Assembly: GCF_021869535.1 (NCBI RefSeq)
Contig: NW_026262669.1
Location: forward strand, 9,982,001-10,046,000
Length of the DNA stretch: 64,000 nt
Source: Mytilus californianus
Taxonomy: Eukaryota
Direction: 5' to 3'
Within the stretch, counting starts at the first letter, position 1. Every line of letters starts with the position of its first letter. The notes beneath the pieces are model-generated. The model was not told where the DNA came from, ran no database searches, and saw only the letters and a list, made by a program, of their open reading frames with translations. Shown one piece after another: positions 52,902-64,000 of the stretch. A program made the translations under genes and the position numbers.

Positions 52902-55900
52902 CAGTTGGGTGCAGACCAAGCATTACATAAAGTAAACGCAGGTTAACGCCGCGTGCACATATTTCGTTAGTGAACTTCAATTTTCGCGTTTACTAGTACA
53001 CGCGCGTTTACTATAATTAAGTTAACGCGGTCAAAATGGAAATTTCTAATGTCTACCCGAGTAAACGGGCGTTTACTATGTGTCCGTTTAGTCAGTAGTA
53101 AACGGGCGTTTACTTCAGATTTCACAAGTTTATTTTTTACGTGCACTTAAAAGTAAACGGGCGTTTACTACAGATTTCACAAGTGTATTTCTACGTGCAC
53201 TTGAAAGTAAACGCGCGTTTACTTTTCGCGTTAACTGATTGTGTAAATTAAGAAATAAACTTCGTGTTCATTTGCACATTAATTTTTAATTAAAACGAAT
53301 TGTATCTTAATATTTTATGTACAAGTGTTTCAAACCAGAACAATTCAAAAACACTTTTAATTCGAAATATTAACTTTTATTAATTACAAAAAATCAGTTC
53401 CAACAATTTTCCCCGAGTTGCAGATTTTCTATATTTTCTATTCAAAAGTTACATGTACAAATATCGAGGCAAATAGAAAGGTTATCCAACACATCGGATA
53501 AATATTTGTATATGATGGGATATAAACATCATGGTATACGTTGCTTCGTTCCCCATTTTTAACAGTCTCTTCCTAAATATAACTCAATGCATTTAATACA
53601 TGGATTTTTAATCGTGATTCACCTTGTTTGCCTTGGATTTACAAGATTTAAGATTCTGTTTTGCCAAATGTTCGATCGAGACAGACTTATCCATAACGAT
53701 TATAAATGATATCTGGGACGTCCGAAAAATATACTCGTTCTGAACATGAAAAAAAATATTTGCCCCTGGACGTTAGGCTACAAACGAAATCTATTAACTG
53801 CCATAATGTATTAACAGTACACTTTTCCAAGAAGAGAACTTCGTATACTTTGGATACATGTTAACTCGTACTTTTCAGTATAAACTACTTTAATCAGTCA
53901 TGTCAGTGTTGGATGATGCCGTTAAATATTATAGTTTTGTTTTAAATACAAACCATCCCGAACTACTGACTTAAGTGACAGTTCATTATGCAACTATAAA
54001 GATTTCCATAAAAAATGCAAATATGGTCAGTTTTGGTTGATGCGGACAAATAATTCTGTTATATGAGTCAGTCTAAGGTATAAACACACTAAATTTGTTT
54101 ATTATTCAATATTTTGAATAAAAAGAGTACATGCTGGCACTATAACTTGATGCGAACAAAATTGTGTAGTCATTGTTTTCTAATATTACTGTCATTCGTT
54201 TTATACAGATCCTCCTGACCTAAAAATATAACTAGTTTACTATGCAGCTTTATAGATTAGCATGATATAGTGCAAATATAATCAGTTTGGGTTGATGCGT
54301 ACCAATTATTTTCTTATACGAGTCAGTCTGAAGTATGAAAACTACTGATAATTCCTTATGATTCAAAATTTTGAATAAAAACAGGACATTTTGGCACTCT
54401 CAATTGATGCGAACAAAATTTTGTAGTCATTGTGGTCCAATATTGCTATCATTTGTTTTATACAATCCATCCTTACATAAAAATATAACTGATTTACTAT
54501 GCGATTATAAGATTTACATAAAAAAGAGCAAATTAGGTCAGTTTTGGTTGATGCAGACAAATAATTTTGTTATACGAGTTAGTCTGAGGTATAAAACCTA
54601 CTGATATTTGTTCACGATTAGATATTTTGAATAAAAAGAGGACATGCTGGCACTATAAATTGATGCGAACCAAATTTTTTAGTCATTGTGTTCCAATATT
54701 TCTGTAATTTGTATTATGCAGTCCCTTCTGACCTAAACATATAACTGAATTACTGTGCAGCTCTATAGATTAACTTGATAAAGTGCAAATATGGTCAGTT
54801 TTGGTTGATGCAGACAAATAATTTTGTTATAAGAGTCAGTCTGAGGTATAAAAACTACTGATATTTGTTTACGATTAGATATTTTGAATAAAAAGAGGAC
54901 ATGCTAGCACTATAAATTGATGCGAACCAAATTTTTTAGTTAATGTTTTCCAATATTGCTGTCATATGTATCATACAATCCATACTGATATAAATATATT
55001 ACTGATTTAGTATGCGACTATAAGATTTACATAAAAAAGAGCAAATTAGGTCAGTTTTGGGTGATGCGGAAAAATAATTTTGTTATACGAGTCAGTCTGA
55101 GGTATGAAAACTACTGATATTAGTTAACGATTCAATATTTTGAATAAAAACAGGACATTTTGGCTTTCTCAATTGATGCGAACAAAATTTTGTAGTCATC
55201 ATGATCCAATATTGCTATCATTTGTTTTATACAATCCATCCTTACATACAAATTGTATTCATTGTGGTCCAATATTGCTATCATTTGTTTTGTACAATCC
55301 ATCCTTGCATACAAATTGTATTCATTGTGGTCCAATATTGCTATCATTTGTTTTATACAATCCATCCTTGCATAAAAATATTACTGATTTACTATGCAAC
55401 TTAAGATTTATAGAAAAAATGAGCAAATTAGGTCAGTTTTGGTTGATGCAGACAAGTAATTTTGTTATACAAGTCAGTCTGAGGTATGAAAACTACTGAT
55501 ATTTATTTACGATTCAATATTTTGAATAAAAACAGGACATTTTGGCACTCAATTGATGCGAACAAAATTTTGTAGTCATTGTGGTCCAATATTGCTATCA
55601 TTTGTTTTATACAATCCATCCTTACATAAAAATATAACTGATTTACTATGCGATTATAAGATTTACATAAAAAAGAGCAAATTAGGTCAGTTTTGGTTGA
55701 TGCAGACAAATAATTTTGTTATACGAGTCAGTCTGAGGTATAAAAACTACTGATATTTGTTCACGATTAGATATTTTGAATAAAAAGAGGACATGCTGGC
55801 ACTATAAATTGATGCGAACCAAATTTTTTAGTCATTGTGGTCCAATATTTCTGTAATTTTTATTATACAGTCCCTCCTGACCTAAAAATATAACTGAATT

Positions 55901-58635
55901 ACTGTGCAGCTATATAGATGGACTTGATAAAGTGCAAATATGGTCAGTTTTGTTTGATGCAGACAAATAATTTTGTTATAAGTGTCAGTCTGAGCCCACT
56001 CTGAGGTATAAAAACTACTGATATTTGTTCACGATTAGATATTTTGAATAAAAAGAGGACATGCTGGCACTATAAATTGATGCGAACCAAATGTTTTAGT
56101 CATTGTGGTCCAATATTTCTGTAATTTGTATTAAACAGTCCCTCCTGACCTAAAAATATAACTGAATGACTGTGCAGCTATATAGATGGACTTGATAAAG
56201 TGCAAATATGGTCAGTTTTGGTAGATGCAGACAAATAATTTTGTTATACAAGTCAGTCTGAGGTATAAAAACTACTGATACTTGTTTACGATTAGATATT
56301 TTGAATAAAAAGAAGACATGCTGGCACTATAAATTGATGCGAACCAATTTTTTTAGTCATTGTGGTCCAATATTTCTGTGAATTGTATTATACAGTCCCT
56401 CCTGACCTAAAAATATAACTGAATTACTGTGCAGCTATATAGATGGACTTGATAAAGTGCAAATATGGTCAGTTTTGGTTGATGCAGACACATAATTGTG
56501 TTATAAGAGTCAGTCTGAGGTATGAAAACTACTGATATTTGTTTACGATTCAATATTTTGAACAAAAACAGGACATTTTGGCACTCTCAATTGATGCGGA
56601 CAAAATTTTGTAGTCATTGTGGTCCAATATTGCTATCATTTGTTTTATACAATCCATCCTTACATAAAAATATAACTGATTTACTATGCGATTATAAGAT
56701 TTACATAAAAAAGAGCAAATTAGGTCAGTTTTGGATGATGCAGACAAATAATTTTGTTATACGAGTCAGTCTGAGGTATGAAAACTACTGATATTTGTTT
56801 ACGATTAGATATTTTGAATAAAAAGAGGAGATGCTGGCACTATAAATTGATGCGAACCACATTTTTTAGTTAATGTTTTCTAATATTGCTGTCATTTGTT
56901 TAATTCAATCCATACTGATATAAAAATATTACTGATTTAGTATGCGACTATAAGATTTACATAAAAAAGAGCAAATTAGGTCACTTTTGGTTGATGCAGA
57001 AATATAATGTTGTTATACGAGTCAGTCTGAGGTATGAAAACTACTGATATTTCTTTGCAATTCAATATTTTGAATAAAAACAGGACATTTTGGCACTCTC
57101 AATTGATGCGGACAAAATTTTGTAGTCATTGTGGTCCAATATTGCTATCATTTGTTTTATACAATCCATCCTTACATAAATATATAACTGATTTACTATG
57201 CGATTAAAAGATTTACATAAAAAAGAGCAAATTAGGTCAGTTTTGGTTGATGCAGACAAATAATTTTGTTATACGAGTCAATCTGAAGTATAAAAACTAC
57301 TGATATTTGTTCACGATTAGATATTTTGAATAAAAAAAGAGGACATGCTGGCACTATAAATTGATGCGAATTAAATGTTTTAGTCATTGTGGTCCAATAT
57401 TTCTGTAATTTGTATTATACAGTCCCTCCTGACCTAAAAATATAACTGAATTACTGTGCAGCTATATAGATCGACTTGATAAAGTGCAAATATGGTCAGT
57501 TTTGGTAGATGCAGACAAATAATTTTGTTATACAAGTCAGTCTGAGGTATAAAAACTACTGATGTTTGTTAACGATTAGATATTTTGAATAAAAAGAGGA
57601 CATGCTGGCACTATAAATTGATGCGAACCAAATTTTTTAGTTATTGTTTTCCAATATTGCTGTCATTTGTATTATACAATCCATACTGATATAAAAATAT
57701 TACTGATTTAGTATGCGACTATAAGATTTACTTGATGAAGTGCAGATATGATCATTTTTGGTTGATGCGGAAAAATAATTTTGTTATACGAGTCAGTCTG
57801 AGGTATGAAAACTACTGATATTTGTTTACGATTCAATATTTTGAATAAAAAGAGGACATGCTGGCACTATAAATTGATGCGAATTAAATGTTTTAGTCAT
57901 CGTGGTCCAATATTGCTGTCATTTGTATTATACAGTCCCTCCTGACCTAAAAATATAACTGAATTACTGAGCGGCTATATATATTTACTTGATGAAGTGC
58001 AGATATGATTATTTTTGGTTAATGAGGTCAATTAATTTTGTTAAACGAGTCAGCCTGAGTCGGACAGTGTGAGATGTGAAAAATGCTGGATTTTGGTGAT
58101 GATTTAATTATTTTAATAAAAGAAGGACATGCTTGAACTGTTTGTTTGTGCAGAAAAAAGAAATTTACTATGATCAATTTTCAATTAATTTAAGAGGTGT
58201 TATTAAATTATTAATTAACTGTTAATGTCTATCGAAAATGAACAGTTGGTCATTTAATTTTGATGTACTTTATCATTTGATATTTAAGGTCTGTGTATCC
58301 AGGATACGATGACAATTTGCGTTAACGCGCGTTTACTACAAACAGTAAACGTGCGTTTACTTTTGACGAAATTAGAAGACGGGCCTTTTTCACGTTAACG
58401 CGGAAGTAAACGCGAAAGTAAACGCCCGTTTACTCTTTACAAAATTAGAAGACGCGCCGATTTTGCGTTAACGCAAAGGTAAACGCGAAAGTAAACGCCC
58501 GTTTACTTTTTATGTCTACTGAAATTTCTGAGTTAACGCACAGTTAACGCGGCGTTTACTTGAAGTGCACGCGAGTAAACGCCACGTTAACTTATTCCGC
58601 CCGTTTACATGTAATGCTTGGTCTGCACCCAACTG
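52902..58635. mobile_element. 5.7-kb non-autonomous TA-TSD TIR element carrying a satellite array
   Basis: Perfect 27-bp TIRs CAGTTGGGTGCAGACCAAGCATTACAT, TA at 52900-52901 and 58636-58637, subterminal GTAAAC/GTTAAC palindrome clusters, no transposase ORF. Confidence 0.92.
53990..58110. repeat. ~256-bp tandem satellite, ~16 monomers
   Basis: The anchor gaataaaaa recurs at 54116, 54373, 54629, 54886, 55142, 55524, 55778, 56046, 56303, 56560, 56816, 57072, 57328, 57587 and 57843. Confidence 0.95.
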
Positions 58636-59702
58636 TATATTTGCATTGGTTTTATTTGGGTCTCAAATCGAAAGAAAAGAAATCTAGAATCTGCTTAAAG
58701 TTTGGTTATTGACCTTTTATGAGCTATTGAAGTCTTATATGAAAAGAAAAATGGGTGTCATGGGGCAAACATTTGACCCTGTATCGTAGGAAAAAATCAA
58801 AGGAGTTTGAACACTTACACAAATTCCTAAACATAACCTAAGTACATCATTAAATACTTTCAGTTGATGACATTTTAACATCCTAGTCTCTCGTGTGTGT
58901 TTTCGATTTTTGTTGTTTTAAATTCTTGATAGTCTGTACAGTTAATCAGGCAACGAATACTATTTATGTATAAAAATTAAACAAATATATTTGCTATTTT
59001 CATTTGTTAGCACTGTGTTAATAAATCTGCTGGCTAACTGCTCGTCTTGGAGGGTATCTGCAGCCCAGTACTCTGTGTTTGCTAAGGACATTATTCTATA
59101 ATTCCATACTCTTTTTAATGTCCGAAATTGTTCAGAAACCTAGCTTTCAATGAACTTGATTTTTAAAAGTTAATTTTGTCATGATGCAAATTCCTCATGT
59201 TTGTATATGCTTATATATATTGCTTTCCTCTAAATCTGACATAATAATACGTTTTAACATTTAAACTATGTAACTGTTTCAAAGTCAATGTACTATAGGG
59301 GAATGACCAAAAACTATCTATAGACAGGAGATGTGCTCAAACTGATATTTTATTTGTTTATTTATTTTTTTTTATGAGAAGAGGGTGAAATGTCGTTACA
59401 CGATATTTCAATATAACACTTACCTAAAACAATGAGGGGATGGACAACATGGATGTAAACAAACTTTAGTGTCATACTTTTGGGAAAAAAATATATGTCA
59501 GGACGCTTGAACAGAGTCGTTTTATTTTCATTTAAGTTTTGAATCTGCTAACTGTTCAACGTTACATTTTGATACGTAATACACTAGTAATACATACACT
59601 AATGAAGAAGCCACCATTACGTTCAGATCTCTCTCGAAAAAATAGCTGTTACTTCATTTGATCTGAAAAAAAATTACATTCAAATATATATATATATATA
59701 TT

Positions 59703-60428
59703 TATGTTGTTTGTGCAATATTTAAACCCCTCTAACAAGAAATTTGTTTTGCATGCACACGTATAAAAATTGCGGTTTTTATCCAACGCAATCATAGGTT
59801 TGAACGTTGTTTTCAATTAAGACTTGTTTATATTTTTTCGTTTGAGCTTGTATTATATTTGCCTTCGGGTTAATGATCCGTTCATCCTATTTTGACTACT
59901 CAAAATTCAAGAGTCTATCCTAAATTGAGGTAAATTGTATGGCTTTCCAAATACCGTTTCGATTCCTAACATCACTGAAGAGACATTAATTGTCGAAATC
60001 CGGATATGGTGTACAAAAACCTTTGCACCTTTTGTTTGCGGTATACCATCTTTTCCGCAAGTTTATTGTTTTCTGTTTAGTATTAAATTTATAATTAAGA
60101 TCCATTTATTACATCGGTGATCCGTTTATTTGGCAATCGCCAATGGCAGTCAGCAGGGTTTAAGAACATTTGTTGTTCGACCTGTTAGTCAAATGCGTTT
60201 TGTTAAGATATACTTTTTCACATTTTTGGTCATTTGGAAAATGTTTGTTTGTGCTGTATTTAGACCCCTCTAACAAGAAATTTCTTTTGCATGCACACGT
60301 ATAAAAATTGCGGTTTTTATCCAACGCAATCATAGGTTGAACGTTGTTTTCAATTTAGACTCGTTTATATTTTTTCGTTTGGGCTTGTATTATATTTGCC
60401 TTCGGGTTTATATGATCCGTTCATCCTA
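59703..60428 (+). mobile_element. 538-bp direct-repeat unit carrying the hammerhead (retrozyme / PLE pseudo-LTR-like), ~1.35 copies
   Basis: 59703-59889 is repeated at ~60243-60428 (cccctctaacaagaaat at 59727 and 60265). It abuts an (AT)n tract at ~59684-59700. The second copy is cut at TA 60427-60428 by a TIR element. Confidence 0.75.
59969..60012 (+). ncRNA. Type I minimal hammerhead ribozyme
   Basis: Stem I ACAUCA/UGGUGU, core CUGAAGA (59975-59981), stem II GACA-uuaau-UGUC, GAAA (59995-59998), short stem III AU-ccgg-AU, cleavage triplet AUA with scission after 60006. Confidence 0.85.
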
Positions 60429-63400
60429 CAGATGGGTGCAGTCCTAACCTGTACAGCAAGTTAACTTGATAACCAGTCATTTGGACTGGTCAAAGTCAAC
60501 CTGTGACAGGATTTAGGAATGCTCTGACCAGTCCTAGGACCACAATCTAGTTAACTTAAAAAGTGGACTTGGTCCTATGACTGTTTTTATATCTGCCGAA
60601 AACGTTAACTAGAAAACAGGTCCGCTATAGATATAAGTTAACTTCGAAACCAGTTTTGTCATAAGTTAACACAAGTTAACTTTGATTTTGACAACTCTGA
60701 TCGAACCAGACCTGATATCAAGTTAACTTTTGGCCTGGTCTGCTCAACACAAAGTTAACTACATCGATTTTTTTTTAATATCTTTTAATGTCTTTGTTTC
60801 TTGGTATAAACATAAAAAAATAAAGTCAGTTTAATAGTTCCGTGATATAAACATGATTAAATACATGTAGCTCCATGTTGAAGTGATCTATTTGTAAATA
60901 AAGTACACATAAAACTTTGCTTGTTTATATACAAATATATCCGTGATCTGCCTTTCTATATATTAAAAAAACGATAATGGTTACAATGCTAACGAGCTGA
61001 ATATATATTCCAATAGTCATATCGAATTCTTAAATCGTATTAACCATATTTGCACTTTATAATGTAAATCTATATAGCCGTAAAGTAAATCAGAAATATT
61101 TTTATGTCGGGATAGAATATATAATACAAATGACAGCAATATTGGAACACAATCACTACAAAATTTTACCCGCATAAATTAAGAGTGCCAGCATGTCCTC
61201 CTTTTGTTCAATATATTGATACGTAACAAAATTTCAGTATTTTTGATTCCCCAGGCTGACTCGTATAGCAAAATTATTTGACCGTATCAACAAAAACTTA
61301 CCATAGTTGCACTTTATCATGTAAATCTATATAGTCGCATAATAATTCAGTAATATTTTATGTCAGTATGTATTGTATAATACAAATGACAGCAATATTG
61401 GAACATAATGTGAACACAAAATTTTGTCCGTATCAATCTAGATTGCCAGCATGTCCTCTTTTTAATCAAAATATTGTCTCGCAACAAAATGTCAGTAGTT
61501 TTGATACCTCAGACTGACTCCTATACCAAATTATCTGACCATAACAACCAAAAACTGATCATATTTGCACTTTATTTTGTAAATCTATATAGCCGCATAG
61601 TAAATCAGCAACTATTTTTATATCAGGATTAAATGTATAATAGAAATGACAGCAATATTGGAACACAACAACTACAAATTTTGTCCGCATAAATTTAGAG
61701 TGCCAGGTGGGCATGTTCTCCTTTTTGTTCAATATATTGATACGTAACAAATTTTCAGTAGTTTTGATACCTCAGGCTGACTCATCTAACAAAATTATTT
61801 GACCGTATCAACCAAAACTGACCATATTTGCACTTTATTTTGTAAATCTATATAGCAGCATAGTAAATCAGCAACTATTTTATGCCAGGATTTAATATAT
61901 AATACAAATGAGAACAATATTGGAACACAACAACTACAAATTTTTGTTCGCATAAATTTAGTGTGCCAGCATGTCCTCCTTTTGTTCAATATATTGATAC
62001 GTAGCAAAATTTCAGTAGTTGTGATACCCCAGGCTGACTCCTATAACAAAATTATTTGACCGTATCAACCAAAACTGACCATATTTGCACTTTATTTTGT
62101 AAATCTATATAGCCACATAGTAAATCAGCAACTATTTTTATGTCAGGATTTAATGTATAATACAAATGACAGCAATATTGGAACACAACAACTACCTTTT
62201 GTTCAATATTTTGATACGTAACAAAATTTCAGTAGTTTTGATACCCCAGGCTGACTCCTATAACAAAATTATTTGACCGTATCAACCAAAACTGACCATA
62301 TTTCCACTTGATTTTGTAAATCTATATAGCCACATAGTAAATCAGCAACTATTTTTATGTCAGGATTTAATGTATAATACAAATGACAGCAATATTGGAA
62401 CACAACAACTACAAAATTTAGTCCGCATAAATTTAGAGTGCCAGCATGTCCTCCTTTTGTTCAATATACATGATATATTGATACGTAACTAAATTTCAGT
62501 AGTTTTGATACCTCAGGCTGACAAAATTATTTGACCGCATTAACCAAAACTGACCATATTTGCACTTTATTTTGTAAATCTATATAGCCGCATAGTAAAT
62601 CAGCAACTATTTTTTTGTCAGGATTTAATGTATATTACAAATTATAGCAATATTGGAACACAACAACCATGACAACTACAAATTTTTGTCTGCATAAATT
62701 TAGAGTGCCAGCATGTCCTCCTTTTGGTCAATATACATGATATATTGATACGTAACTAAATTTCAGTAGTTTTGATACCCCAGGCTGACTTGTATAGCAA
62801 AATTATTAGACTGCATCAACCAAAACTGACCATATTTGCACTTTATTATGTAAATATTTATAGCCGCATAATAATTCAGTAATATTTTTATGTCAGGATT
62901 TAATGTATAATACAAATGACAGTAATATTGGAACACAATGAATACATACATTTGTCCGCATAAATTTAGAGTGCCAGCATGTCCTCCTGTTGCTCAATAT
63001 CTTGATATGTAACAAAATTTCAGTACTTTTGATACCTCATGCTGACTGGTATAGCAAAATGTTATGACCGTATCAACTAAAACTGACCATATTTGCACTT
63101 TAGTAAGTAAATCTATATTGCTGCATTATATTTAATCAGAAGTTTTTTTTATGTCAGGATGTATTGTATTATAATACAAATGACAGCAATATTGGAAAAC
63201 AATGGATGCAATATCTTTTCCGCATCAATTTAGATTGTCAGCATTTCATCTCTGTATTAATAATATTAGACCATCACTAAAGTGAGTAGTTCAGGATGGT
63301 GTGTATAACAAAACTATTTGACTGCATCATCCAACACTGACATGTCTGATTTCATTTTTACTTTATAATGAAAAGTATATGACGTTTTCTTCTGGGAATA

Positions 63401-64000
63401 GTATACTGTTGGTACATTATGTCGGTTGATTGAATTAGTTTGTAGCTAAACCTCAAGTGGCAACTATTTCATTCATGTGCACAACGAGTATATTGTTTTG
63501 GAAGTCCCATATCATCATTTTTAATCCGTAAAGACAAATCTGACGAAATTGACGAGATTGTTCATAATTATTCAACACCTTATGTATCCGGACACTGTAC
63601 AATTTTCGTTAGAATATTTTATCGAAAACAGAATCGTAAATCCAAGGCAAACAAGGTGAATTACGATGAAATATCCATGTAATGCATGAAGTTTAATTTA
63701 GGAAGAGACTGTAAAAAAAGGTGAACGAAGCAACGTCGACAATGATGTTGATATCCCATGACATAAAAATATTGTTCCGTTGCGTTGGATAACCTTTCTA
63801 TCCGCCTTCTGATTAAATAAAAACTTGCCTTTCTTTAATGATAGTTGTATGTGATCACAAGCGTGTAATTTTATAGCCATTGTTTAATGTATATAAGAAT
63901 ACATGAAATGAAAAAAAGATTTTTTTTTAATGTGTATAATATCGATGTATTAAAAGCTCAAGTCTGATATCATAAGTCATAAACACGGTAATCTGTCATA
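60429..64000. mobile_element. Sister TIR element with a reverse-orientation satellite (~61050-63260), running off the window
   Basis: Same end as 47234. Inserted at the TA of gttcatccTA (empty site visible at 59888). 63265-63830 is homologous to the reverse complement of 53430-53990. Confidence 0.85.

Larger units (their letters stand above)
52721..58849. mobile_element. Kolobok-like MITE (~400 bp) split by the 5.7-kb insertion
   Basis: TTAA|GGATGTACTTAGGT ... ACCTAAGTACATCA|TTAA. The internal sequence joins across the insertion and matches the copies at 8435 and ~2455. Confidence 0.85.

Noticed and set aside
54363-57259. Repeated 65-119 aa ORFs on both strands
   Set aside because: By-products of the 256-bp satellite. 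The monomer length is not a multiple of 3 and the frames break between units.

Overview
AT-rich eukaryotic (animal) genomic DNA. The repeat content resembles mytilid bivalve DNA; this is an inference, and no search was run. There are no prokaryotic features, rRNA, tRNA or CRISPR. Bases ~1-41.2 kb hold a minus-strand ankyrin-repeat gene with one phase-0 exon per ankyrin repeat: intact exons at 40975-41061, 35748-35846 and 23688-23786, and dead copies at 24304 and 13962-14060. Its very large introns are built from four diverged copies of a 4.5-6 kb cassette, Tx1-like LINE relics and a 32-bp-derived minisatellite. Highlights: (1) a 5'-truncated Naiad-type Penelope-like retroelement (9980-12612, minus) with an in-frame TGA at a Cys-like position and a well-formed type II SECIS in its 3' UTR, i.e. 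a probable selenoprotein-coding retroelement; (2) a complete type I hammerhead ribozyme (59969-60012) in a 538-bp direct-repeat unit next to an (AT)n tract, resembling a retrozyme; (3) three copies, in two sister families, of TA-flanked TIR elements carrying a ~256-bp satellite, one nested in a TTAA Kolobok-like MITE. Most ORF-track entries are spurious repeat-derived frames.
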